64,000 bases of DNA from Vicinamibacteria bacterium. Lineage in GTDB: Bacteria; Acidobacteriota; Vicinamibacteria; Marinacidobacterales; Marinacidobacteraceae. Positions 20,450 to 30,449 of the stretch are shown piece by piece (within the stretch, counting starts at the first letter, position 1; the number at the start of each line of letters is the position of its first letter). Where the stretch lies: the NCBI GenBank assembly GCA_963422395.1, contig OY729431.1, forward strand, positions 992,001 through 1,056,000, written 5' to 3'. The notes beneath the pieces were generated by a model. It had not been told where the DNA came from. It saw only the letters and a program-made list of their open reading frames with translations, and did no database searches. Position numbers and translations under genes: made by a program.

Positions 20450-23400
20450 ATGCGTGAGACCTTCTTCGAGCGCCCGATCCTGAACTCCCCCTACGAGGTT
20501 CCGGACCGCCATTGGAAACTCGGCCCGGACGGAGTTCCGACCGACGAGATCGCCGCGGCCCGCCGGGCAGCGGAGTTCCTCTCTCCGGTACCCCCGCCGA
20601 AGCCGCAGCGAGGGGGGCCGCGTCGGCTGGCGCTGGGAGAAGCGCGCCTTTCGACCGCCGAACAGCAATACGACCCCTATCCGGTCATCAATCGGATCCG
20701 CCAGGAGGTGGACCGCTGGCGCGAGCTGCCCGAGGCGAAGTGGGGCGTCACCCGGGAGACCGCCCTCCTCCTCCGCCACTGGCGCAGCCACGAATTCAGC
20801 ACCCGCCGCCCCTTCTTCTGCCAGGTCGAGGCGGTGGAGACCGCAATCTGGCTCGTCGAGGCCGCGGGGTTGCTCCGGGAATCGGGGGAGAACCTGCCGC
20901 ACCGTTTCCGCCGCATCTGGAAGCACCTCCACCACGCGAACCGGGCGGCGAATCCGCAGCTCCTCCGGGTCGCGCTGAAGATGGCGACCGGCGCCGGGAA
21001 GACCACGGTGATGGCGATGCTGATCGCCTGGCAGACGGTCAACGCGGTCCGCCACCCGAAGCGACGGAGCTTCACCCGCGGCTTTCTGGTGGTGACTCCG
21101 GGCATCACCATCCGCGACCGGCTGCGGGTGCTGCTCCCGAACGATCCGAACAGCTACTTCCGAAAAGGCAGTGAACTCGTTCCCCGCGAGATGCTCGGCG
21201 ACCTCCAGCGCGCCGAGATCGTCATCACCAATTTCCACGCCTTCCAGCGGCGCGAACGGATGAAGCTCGCGAAGGGAACCCGCTCGCTGCTCCAGGGCCG
21301 GGGGACCCCACCCAGCACCGTAGAAACCGAGGGCGAGATGCTCCGCCGGGTGATGTCCCGCCTCCTGGGGAAGAAGCACATCCTGGTCCTGAACGACGAG
21401 GGGCACCACTGCTACCGGGAGAAGGCCGGCGGAAGCGAGGAAGGGAGGCTCGTCGGGGAAGAAAGGGAGGAAGCGCAGAAGAACCAGCAGGCAGCGCGCG
21501 TCTGGATCAGGGGCATCGAGACGGTGCGGCGGAAGATCGGCGTTCCCGTCGTCTTCGACCTCTCCGCCACCCCCTTCTTCCTGCGCGGCTCCGGCTATGC
21601 CGAAGGGACGCTCTTCCCCTGGACGGTCAGCGATTTCTCACTCATGGACGCCATCGAGTCCGGCATCGTGAAACTGCCGCGGGTTCCGGTCTCGGACAGC
21701 GTGAACCCCGACGACCGGCCGCGGCTCCGAGACCTCTGGGAGCACATCGGGAAGAAGATGCCGAGGAAGGGCCGCCGGCAGAGCGCCGGTTCGCTCGATC
21801 CGGGACACCTCCCACCGCTCCTCGAGACCGCCTTCTCGGCGCTCTATTCCCATTACGAGAAGACCTTCGACCGTTGGCAGGAAGCCGGTATCGAAACGCC
21901 GCCGGTCTTCATCGTCGTCTGCAGCAACACCGCGGCCTCGAAGCTGGTCCACGACTACCTCGCGGGATACGAACGAAAGCGCGCGGACGGCGAAACCGAG
22001 GTCGAAAACGGCCGGCTGGAACTCTTCCGCAACTACGACGAGAACGGGACCCGCTTGCCGCGCCCCCGGACGCTGCTCATCGACAGCGAACAGATCGAGT
22101 CCGGCGACGCACTCGACCCCGCTTTCCGGAAAGCCGCGAAGGATCAGATCGAGCGCTTTCGGCGCGAGATCGTGGACCGCACCGGCAGCCGAGCGGATGC
22201 AGAGGCGATCTCCGACGCCGATCTGCTGCGCGAGGCGATGAACACTGTCGGCAAGCCCGGGCGGCTCGGGGAAGACATCCGCTGCGTGGTGTCGGTCTCG
22301 ATGCTCACCGAAGGCTGGGACGCCAATACGGTGACCCACATCCTGGGCATCCGGGCTTTCGGAACGCAGCTCCTCTGCGAACAGGTGGTGGGCCGGGCGC
22401 TGCGCCGGCAGTCGTACGAGCGAAACAGCGAAGGCCGGTTCGATCCCGAATACGCCGAGGTGCTGGGCATTCCCTTCGACTTCACCGGCAAACCGGTTCC
22501 CGTTCCCCTTCCCAAGCCGCCGCCCCCGGTGACGCATGTCCACGCGGTGCGGCCCGAGCGCGACGCCCTGGAAATCCGTTTCCCCCGCGTCGCGGGGTAT
22601 CGAAGGGAGCTCCCCGAGGATCGGCTGACCGCCCGCTTCACCGCCGACTCCACGATCGTCCTGACTCCGGCACTCGTGGGGCCGATGAAGACGACGAATC
22701 AGGGAATCGTCGGCCTTCCCGCCGAGTTGCGGCCCGATCGGAACCAGGACATCCGCGAAGCGACGCTCGCCTTCCATCTCGCCCGCGACCTGCTGCGCCG
22801 CCATCTCTACGGTGCGGGCGAAGAGCCCCGCTTCCATCTCTTCGGTCAGGTGAAGCGGATCGTGCGCGATTGGCTCCGGGACGGGCACCTCGTCTGCGAG
22901 CCGGGAACCCATCGGGGGCAGCTGCTCTACGAAGAACTGGCGGCGATGGCATGCGAACGGATCACTGCCGCGGTCACCGCCGCCTCCGGCAGCGAGCGGC
23001 TGCTGGCGGTCCTCGACCCCTGGAATCCGGAAGGCTCGACGGGGGCCGTGGACTTCCGAACCTCGAAGACGACGCTCTGGCGGGCCGACCCCGGGAAGTG
23101 CCCGGTGAACTGGGCGGTCTGCGATCTCTCCTGGGAGGAAGAATTCTGCCGGGTGGTCGAGGCGGAGCCGAGCGTCGGGGGGGTTGCCGTCGAGGGGTTT
23201 GCCGTCGAGGCGTATGTGAAGAATGCCGGGCTCGGGTTCGAGGTTCCCTACCGACTCGCCGGAGAGGCCCACCGCTATCTGCCGGACTTCATCGTCCGGG
23301 TCCGGGACGGTGCGGGCGAGCCCGTCCACATCGTCGTCGAAGTCAAGGGGAGGCCGGACGAGAAATCGAAGGCGAAGGCGGAGACGATGCGCTCCCAGTG

Positions 23401-23530
23401 GGTTCCCGGAGTGAACGGCCTCGGAACCTTCGGCCGCTGGGCGTTCCTGGAACTGCGGAACATCTCCAGCATGGCGGCGGAGTTTCGGAGGTTCGTCGGC
23501 GCGCTCGGCGCCGAAAGCGAAGCTGCCTAG
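20450..23530 (+). CDS. res: Type III restriction endonuclease subunit (BPTD_3080-like)
   Basis: KMATGAGKT, NDEGHH, LSATP, MLTEGWD helicase motifs; C-terminal YLPDF...VEVKG nuclease. Confidence 0.92.
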   Translation: MRETFFERPILNSPYEVPDRHWKLGPDGVPTDEIAAARRAAEFLSPVPPPKPQRGGPRRLALGEARLSTAEQQYDPYPVINRIRQEVDRWRELPEAKWGVTRETALLLRHWRSHEFSTRRPFFCQVEAVETAIWLVEAAGLLRESGENLPHRFRRIWKHLHHANRAANPQLLRVALKMATGAGKTTVMAMLIAWQTVNAVRHPKRRSFTRGFLVVTPGITIRDRLRVLLPNDPNSYFRKGSELVPREMLGDLQRAEIVITNFHAFQRRERMKLAKGTRSLLQGRGTPPSTVETEGEMLRRVMSRLLGKKHILVLNDEGHHCYREKAGGSEEGRLVGEEREEAQKNQQAARVWIRGIETVRRKIGVPVVFDLSATPFFLRGSGYAEGTLFPWTVSDFSLMDAIESGIVKLPRVPVSDSVNPDDRPRLRDLWEHIGKKMPRKGRRQSAGSLDPGHLPPLLETAFSALYSHYEKTFDRWQEAGIETPPVFIVVCSNTAASKLVHDYLAGYERKRADGETEVENGRLELFRNYDENGTRLPRPRTLLIDSEQIESGDALDPAFRKAAKDQIERFRREIVDRTGSRADAEAISDADLLREAMNTVGKPGRLGEDIRCVVSVSMLTEGWDANTVTHILGIRAFGTQLLCEQVVGRALRRQSYERNSEGRFDPEYAEVLGIPFDFTGKPVPVPLPKPPPPVTHVHAVRPERDALEIRFPRVAGYRRELPEDRLTARFTADSTIVLTPALVGPMKTTNQGIVGLPAELRPDRNQDIREATLAFHLARDLLRRHLYGAGEEPRFHLFGQVKRIVRDWLRDGHLVCEPGTHRGQLLYEELAAMACERITAAVTAASGSERLLAVLDPWNPEGSTGAVDFRTSKTTLWRADPGKCPVNWAVCDLSWEEEFCRVVEAEPSVGGVAVEGFAVEAYVKNAGLGFEVPYRLAGEAHRYLPDFIVRVRDGAGEPVHIVVEVKGRPDEKSKAKAETMRSQWVPGVNGLGTFGRWAFLELRNISSMAAEFRRFVGALGAESEAA

Positions 23531-23552
23531 CAGCCGCGTAGAGGGAGACCCG

Positions 23553-26530
23553 ATGGCGAAGAAGCGCACGACGAAGAAGCCGATCGCGGTGGAAGCGACC
23601 CGGCACTCGTCCTCGAATCGGCTGAACCTGCCGAGCGCCGAGCACGAGCCCCTCGTTCCGGAGGGCGACCGGGCTCCGATTCCGGTTCGCTACCCGCGAA
23701 ACCCGGACCTCGACCCGCAGCTGGTCTGGAGGGGAAAGGACGAACGGGCAGAAGAGTCCGAGCTCGTCGTTCCGGCGCCGCCGCTCTACATCCAGGAGCG
23801 GGTGCAGCCGAAGGCGCTGGTGGACGACCTGCGCCGAGAGACCCTGCACCGGAAGATGCAGCGCAGCGAAGACTGCGCTGAGAATTCGGGGGGGGGGGGG
23901 GGGTAGCTCCCTCTCTCTTCGCTGATTTCAACGGCCTTCCGGAGGGCGCCGACCGGACCGATTTCTATCAGCACCGGGGGAACTGGTCGAACCGGATGAT
24001 CCTGGGAGACTCGCTGCGGGTGATGGCGAGTCTCGCCGAGCGCGAGGGGCTGCGCGGCAGAGTGCAGTGCATCTACCTCGATCCCCCCTACGGGATCAAA
24101 TTCCAATCGAACTTCCAGTGGTCCACCGGCAGCCGGGATGTGAAGGACGGCAAGAGGGAGCACATCAACCGCGAACCCGAGCAGGTGAAGGCGTTCCGGG
24201 ATACCTGGAAGGACGGCATCCATTCCTACCTGAGCTATCTGCGCGACCGGTTCGCCGCGGCGCGGGAGCTGCTGACCGAGAGCGGCAGCCTCTTCGTCCA
24301 GATCGGCGATGAGAATGTCCACCGTGTGCGCGCTCTGCTGGACGAAGTGTTCGGCCCGGAGAACTTCGTCAGACAGATCGTCTTCAAGAAAACCGGCAGC
24401 ATGGTTTCCGATGCGTTGGGAAGGACGGGCGACTACATCCTTTGGTATGGAAGGGTCAGCAGAGATCTGAAATATCGACAGTTGTTCACGCAGAAAGAAC
24501 CAGATGCCTTCTACAACTTCGTGGAGAAGGCTGATGGTGCGATCGTGAAGCTCACCGACGCGGAGAGGGCTGGATTGCCCCAGGAGACTCGAGACTCACG
24601 AGTCCTCCGACTCGTGAGTCTCGAGTCTCCTGGGGCAAATCGAGAAGACTCTCCCTTCGCGTTCGAGGGTGAAACCTTCAGCCCCAAGGGAAACAGCCAC
24701 TGGAAAGTAACTTGGCCGGACAGCATGAATGCTCTCGTGAGATCCGGTCGAGTGGTCAAGGCAGGACAGAAACTGCGGTGGAAATACTTCATCAAGGACT
24801 ACCCGGTCAAGGTGATTTCCGAGATTTGGCAAGACACTTCGGGCTTCAATCGGGATCAAAGGTATGTCGTCGAGACGCGACCGAAGGTCATTCAGCGTTG
24901 TGTCCTGATGACCACCGATCCCGGGGACCTGGTGCTCGACCCCACCTGCGGCTCGGGCACGACGGCGTATGTCGCCGAGCAGTGGGGGCGGCGCTGGATC
25001 ACCATCGATACCTCGCGGGTCGCCCTCGCGCTCGCCCGCGCCCGGATCATGGGCGCGCGCTTCCCCTACTACACCCTGGCCGACAGCCCCGAAGGGCAGC
25101 AGGCCGAGGCGAAGCTTTCGGGCCGGGCACCGCAGACCGGCCCGACGTACGGCGACCTGCGCCAGGGTTTCGTGTATGGGCGGGTCCCCCACATCACCCT
25201 CAAGGCCATCGCCAACAACGCCGAGATCGATGTGGTCTGGGAGCAGCGGCAGCCGGCAGTCGAGGCAGCGCTCGCCGGGCTGAACCAGGCGCTCGCGGGG
25301 CACCAGTCCCCGTTCCCGGTGGCCCGCGGCGCCCGGAAAGGGCAGGCGGTGCACTTCACCTCTCGGAGTGGAACGGTCCGACTCCCGAACGGCGACCCGG
25401 CGCCGGCCGCCGGCCTCCTCGAATGGGAGGTCCCGCGCGAGCCGCCCGCCGATTGGCCCCCCGCCGCCCGCACTGCGGTCTCCTCGTTCTGGAGAGCCCG
25501 AAAGATACGGCAGCAGGAGATCGACGCCGCGATCGCCCGGCAAGCGGATTTCGAGCCTCTCCACGATAAGCCGGCCGAAGACGAGACGAGAGTCCGGGTC
25601 GCCGGTCCCTTCACCGTCGAGAGCCTGGCCCCCCACCGGACCCTGGCGGTGGATGAAGAGGACGAGCCGATCCTGCGCGCCGCCGAGCCCCGCGCCCCCT
25701 ATGGCAGCGGGAGCAGCGGCCCCGGCGATTTCGCTCCCATGATCCTGGAACAGCTGCGCACCGCTGGAGTCCAGCAAGCGCGGAAGCGAGACCGGATCGA
25801 GTTCTCCTCGCTAACCCCCTGGCCGGGTATCTACCTCGCCGCCGAAGGGCGCTACTCCGAAGGGGAACGCGAGCGGCGCGCCGGGATCCTCATCGGCCCG
25901 GAGTTCGGCACGGTTTCGCGTCCGGATCTCGCCGCCGCGGCGCGGGAGGCGGCCGAAGCCGGTTTCGATGTCCTGGTGTGTTGCGCCTTCGCCTACGACC
26001 CGCACGCCGCCGACCTTGCGAAGCTCGGCAGGGTGCAGGTCCTGAAGGCGCGGATGAACGCCGACCTCCACATGGCCGAGGTTCTGAAAGACATCGGGAA
26101 GGGCGATAAAACGAAGGGCAATCTGTTCGTGATCTTCGGCGAACCCGACATCGAGATCGAGGAGATCGGGCCCTCCGGTGAATCCGGCGGCGGTGAGGAG
26201 CGGTTTCGAGTGCGGCTCCGGGGCGTCGATGTGTTCCATCCGCAGACCGGCGAGATCCGCAGCGACAGCGCCGACGGGGTCGCCTGCTGGTTCCTCGACA
26301 CCGAGTACGACGGGGAGAGCTTCTTCGTCCGCCACGCCTACTTTCCCGGCACCGCGAACGACCCCTGGAAGGCGCTCCGGAAGACCCTGAATGCCGAGAT
26401 CGACGAGGAGGCCTGGGAGAGCCTCCGCCGCGATGTCTCCCGCCCCTTCCCGAAGCCCCCGACGGGCCGCATCGCCGTCAAGGTCATCAACCATCTCGGC
26501 GACGAAGTGATGCAGGTCTTCCGCGTCTGA
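23553..26530 (+). CDS. mod: Type III DNA methyltransferase, frameshifted at a G16 tract (OFF as assembled)
   Basis: 23553-23906 stops right after the G tract; G17 or G14 joins it to VAPSLFADFNGLPEGADRTDFYQH..NWSNRMILGDS; DPPY and DPTCGSGTT motifs. Confidence 0.9.
23888..23903 (+). repeat. Homopolymer G16 in mod
   Basis: AATTC-G16-TAG read directly from sequence. Confidence 0.9.
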
Positions 26531-26560
26531 GCGGAGGGCCGACCGACGACCGTCTCCGCC

Positions 26561-29500
26561 TCACGGCGGGGTGACATCCAGCACGATCACCGCGGCGCGC
26601 TGCCGCTCCTCCGGGGTCAGCTGCGCAACGAGCCGCTCCCGCAGCTCCTCGGGAGTCCGGGGCCGCGACCCCTCTTCGGCCGGGGCGGTGCGCTCCGGCC
26701 CGAACCACAGGACCAGGAAGATCCCGAGGCCTGCTGCCGCCGGATCGTTCGCATAGTGCGGGAGCAGCTGCTTCTGCACCGCCTGCCAGAGTTCCCGGTG
26801 GCAGTTCTTCTTGATCTCCACCGGGACGGCGAAGCCGCCGCACGCGATGCGGAGGTCGGCGCGCCGGCCCCCGGCGTGCTGCTGTTCCGGTAGCGCTTCG
26901 CATCCCCGGGGCAGCTTCGAGCGCAATAGCGGGAGCAGGGCGTCCCGGCAGGAGTTTTCCGGTTTGGGTTCCGTCGGCCTGGCGTGACGATCCTCGTTCC
27001 AGAACTGCCGCCAGAGGTTGGCATTCGTGGTTCGGGTCTCCTCGGCGATCTGTTCCAGCCGGTCTACCACCAGCGCGCGCAGATCGGCCGCGCTCGCGGG
27101 CGGCCCGTCAGCGAGTGTCGCGATCACTTCTTCCGGGGCGGGAGGCCGGTAGTCGGCGTCCCGGCGAATCACCCGCTGGGTGTCCAAGGCGTGCTCGAGG
27201 CGGCTCCGCCATGCCGAGAGCTCCGGATCCGAAGCGAGACCGCAGAGGATTCTCGTCGTCTGTGCCTCCGGAGACCTGGAGAGATTCCCGATGAGGCTTT
27301 CGATGAGGTCGGGGGATACGCCGTCGAAGGCCCTGGTCCTGCCCGGCGGGAGCGGGTCGGTGGACCTTCCGAGCGTCCGGATGGTGAGCTCCAGCACCGG
27401 GGGCGTCAGGCGCTCGATCAGGCCGGGCGGCGGGGATGACCCCAGCGACCTGAAGAAGCCGGCGAAATTTCGGACCCGGGCTTCCGAACCTCGCAGTTCG
27501 GCGGACAGCACGGCAAGGAACCGGTCCGGATCGAGCACCAGCCCGGCCGTCAGCCAGCGCAGCCGGGCGCCCCGGGTCGTGCTCTTCTGTGCGGCTTTCC
27601 TCTCGATCAGCTCTCGGAACGCCGCTTCGCCGGACCCGGAGTCGAGATAGCGCAGGCCGCTCAGCAGGAGAGCATCGAGGAGGCCGAGCTGTCCTTCCCT
27701 CGCCCGCGCCGGAAACGCCCGCAGCAGCGGCAGCACGGCGCGCCGCGCCACCGGTTCGTGGCGTTCCTCGTGGGCCAGCCGGTGGAAGTCGGGGATATAG
27801 ATCTCTCCGGCTTGCAGCAGGATCCGGCCGGCGATCACAAGCACCTCCGCCGCCAGCTCCGGCTGTTCCTGGACGCACTGCCAGTACCAGTCGGCCTCCT
27901 GGGAGAAGGCGTACTGGTCGTGGAAGCAGAGGCGGCAGGCGAGCACCGTCCGCAAGCGGGCTTTCGTCAGCCGCCGGAAGCGGTCCGGTTCCATTTCCGC
28001 GGCCGCCGCCAGCACCGGCAGCACCAGGAGATGCATCCGGTCGCGCCGCCTCGCCGCCAGGATCTCCTTCGCCGAGGGCAGGTCGGGCCGGTCGGAGGTG
28101 TCGAGCACGGCGCCGAGAGCGGTCGTCGTCAGCGCCTCGTCGCCGCCGAGGGCCTCGGTCAGCCGGTTCCGCCGATCCAGTCGGCTGTGCGCCCCCGGCT
28201 CGTAGCTCCCTGCGTAGTACTCCTCGGCGATCTCGAAGAGCAGTTCCGGACGCCCCCGATTCGCCCGGAGTTCGTCCGCCGAGCGGCGCACCGCCTCCAG
28301 CAACGGGGCGTGCGGCGGTGCGGTTTCGCTTCGCAGCTGCTTCCAGCGTTTCGCCTCGTCGAGGTGACACCGGCCGATGTCCTCGGGAAGGCTCGATCGG
28401 TAGAGGAGCGCGTCCAGAGCAGGGCTCTCTTTCGCCCGCAAGGCCGTCCGGATCACCGCTTTCTGGACATCGGGGTTCGCTTCGAGCCAGGCGGCGACCG
28501 GACGGAACGTTTCTCGGGGCTGGTCTCGGGGCTGGTCGAGTGCGGCCGCCGCTCCTGCCTGGAGCCAGTGGAAGAGGCGCAGAGGTTCCACCTCGGTGCC
28601 GTACCGCTCTAGGCCGCGCGCGAGCAGCCGTGAGAACGAGCTGCGCAGGGAACGGTCGAACCAGGTGCGTTCCAGCCAGGTGCTTGCGAGCGGCCCGGCG
28701 CCTGAAAGGCGGTCGAGATGGATCGGCAGGTGGTCCTTGGGGCAGCTCTCATAGAGTCTCTGCCAGAAACCGTAGGGGCGCTCCATGACCGGACGGGACC
28801 GATGGGGGAGGTAATCCCAGACTTCCGCGGGTTCCAGGCCGCCGGGATAGAGCTCGTCGAGCAGTCTGCCGGGCAGTTCTCCGTCGGGGGCGTGGATTCG
28901 TCCCTGGTGGATCTCGTCGAGGAGGCTGCGGAGGCGGCCGACTCGGTCGGGCTCGTTCTGCAGGCTCGCAATCCAGGTGTCGAGAGCGGACCGTCGCACC
29001 CGCGACTCGCGGGAGTCGTCGCGAACGATCTCCAGCAGCTCGTCCGCCAGCCGGAGTGCCAATCGGGATGCCAGTCGGGCGCTGGAGAGCGCCATCATGG
29101 CGACTTCCACCACCCTGCGGTCGGGATCACGCAGCGCCTGCTTCAGCGTGGGCTCCAGGTCCGGGGTGGCGAGAGCGCCGAGAGCGGAGACCGCCCCGCC
29201 GGTGTCTCCGAGACGGTTGGACTCCCGTCCGACGGCGTGGAACAGGAGCCTCTTCTCTTCGAGGGTGGATTCGGTGACATCGCCGTAGAGCAGCACCGCG
29301 GCCGGATCGCGCTCGATCAGCGGTCGGCGGAGTGCCGGCGAGGCCGCCGCGAGCCAGGCGGCGAGCCCGCGCAGCGGTGTCGGCGGGACATCGTCCGTTC
29401 CGGCGAGAAGCGCCAGGACCCGCCCCCGCGGGAGGCTTTCGGCGACGAGCCGGGAGAGCCACCGCGCGGCGAGGAAGGCGGCGAGGTGCGCGTGCTGGGG

Positions 29501-30430
29501 TCGGAAAAATCCCTTTCCGGCGGAGGTCCTGTCGGCGGAGAAAAGCCGGGTCCCGAGCACTGCGCGGAGCGCATCCCGGCACTCGTCTCCGTGAGCCGTG
29601 ATCGGGATCCAGTCGTTTTGCGGCGCATCATCCCGGGAGAGTGCGTGCCCGGCGGCGCCGGAGAGCAGCTGGACGGCCGAGAGCCGCCCGGCGGCGTCCA
29701 GCAAAGCCTCCAAAGCCTCCATCAGCGGCTGATTCCGGTTTCCGATTCGGTGTTCTTCGTTCTCTTCCCGGGCGAGGAGCTTCGAAGCCTGCTCGAAGGT
29801 CTCCCGCCGGCTCGCCGGCCACTCGCCGGTCGTGCCGAAGACTTTCGCCAGCAGCGTCAGGTTCTGTGGATTGCGAAGCAGTCCGTCGAGTCCCCGGCCC
29901 CGAGCTTCCCGGAGGAATTCCTCCGGATCGCCGATATCCGGGCGCTCGGAAACGAGCCGGCGGGCTTCCTCGCCGGTCAGCGGCTCCAGGCGGAGGACCA
30001 CGACTTCCCGGTTCGGCGAAACCTTCTCCAGGTGCTTTCGGTCGTTGCTTCCGAGCCAGTCGGCCTCCCGGCAGGAGAGGCGGAAGGGCGGTCGTTTCAG
30101 CTCGTCGAGGCGGGAGTGGATCCTGTCGAAGGGTCGACGCCCGTCCGGCTCGCCGGCGCGCACCTCGTCGAGTCCGTCGATCAGCAGCGTCCGGCCTCGC
30201 CATTCGGGGTTCGGCTCGCCGGCCAGGAAGTCCCGAGCCGAGAGGAAGAGTGCGTTTCCCTGCGCGGCTTCGGCTCGGGCTTCGGTCTCGAACGCGGTCG
30301 TCTTCCCGGCGCCGGGATCGCCGAGCAGCACATAGGCGGGAGTGTCCCGGTACGCCGCGAGCGGTTTCGACTCGTACAGTTGGCCGTTCGGCCCGATCCG
30401 CTGGACGGAGCGGTCGAGGATCTGTCCCAT
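26561..30430 (-). CDS. NACHT/STAND NTPase with C-terminal PD-(D/E)xK-like nuclease (Avs/bNACHT-like)
   Basis: GDPGAGKTT, LLIDGLDE, long helical region, C-terminal RRADLRI...VPVEIKK. Confidence 0.82.
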   Translation of the reverse strand: MGQILDRSVQRIGPNGQLYESKPLAAYRDTPAYVLLGDPGAGKTTAFETEARAEAAQGNALFLSARDFLAGEPNPEWRGRTLLIDGLDEVRAGEPDGRRPFDRIHSRLDELKRPPFRLSCREADWLGSNDRKHLEKVSPNREVVVLRLEPLTGEEARRLVSERPDIGDPEEFLREARGRGLDGLLRNPQNLTLLAKVFGTTGEWPASRRETFEQASKLLAREENEEHRIGNRNQPLMEALEALLDAAGRLSAVQLLSGAAGHALSRDDAPQNDWIPITAHGDECRDALRAVLGTRLFSADRTSAGKGFFRPQHAHLAAFLAARWLSRLVAESLPRGRVLALLAGTDDVPPTPLRGLAAWLAAASPALRRPLIERDPAAVLLYGDVTESTLEEKRLLFHAVGRESNRLGDTGGAVSALGALATPDLEPTLKQALRDPDRRVVEVAMMALSSARLASRLALRLADELLEIVRDDSRESRVRRSALDTWIASLQNEPDRVGRLRSLLDEIHQGRIHAPDGELPGRLLDELYPGGLEPAEVWDYLPHRSRPVMERPYGFWQRLYESCPKDHLPIHLDRLSGAGPLASTWLERTWFDRSLRSSFSRLLARGLERYGTEVEPLRLFHWLQAGAAAALDQPRDQPRETFRPVAAWLEANPDVQKAVIRTALRAKESPALDALLYRSSLPEDIGRCHLDEAKRWKQLRSETAPPHAPLLEAVRRSADELRANRGRPELLFEIAEEYYAGSYEPGAHSRLDRRNRLTEALGGDEALTTTALGAVLDTSDRPDLPSAKEILAARRRDRMHLLVLPVLAAAAEMEPDRFRRLTKARLRTVLACRLCFHDQYAFSQEADWYWQCVQEQPELAAEVLVIAGRILLQAGEIYIPDFHRLAHEERHEPVARRAVLPLLRAFPARAREGQLGLLDALLLSGLRYLDSGSGEAAFRELIERKAAQKSTTRGARLRWLTAGLVLDPDRFLAVLSAELRGSEARVRNFAGFFRSLGSSPPPGLIERLTPPVLELTIRTLGRSTDPLPPGRTRAFDGVSPDLIESLIGNLSRSPEAQTTRILCGLASDPELSAWRSRLEHALDTQRVIRRDADYRPPAPEEVIATLADGPPASAADLRALVVDRLEQIAEETRTTNANLWRQFWNEDRHARPTEPKPENSCRDALLPLLRSKLPRGCEALPEQQHAGGRRADLRIACGGFAVPVEIKKNCHRELWQAVQKQLLPHYANDPAAAGLGIFLVLWFGPERTAPAEEGSRPRTPEELRERLVAQLTPEERQRAAVIVLDVTPP

Positions 30431-30449
30431 TTCTCAATCCCAGAATCGG

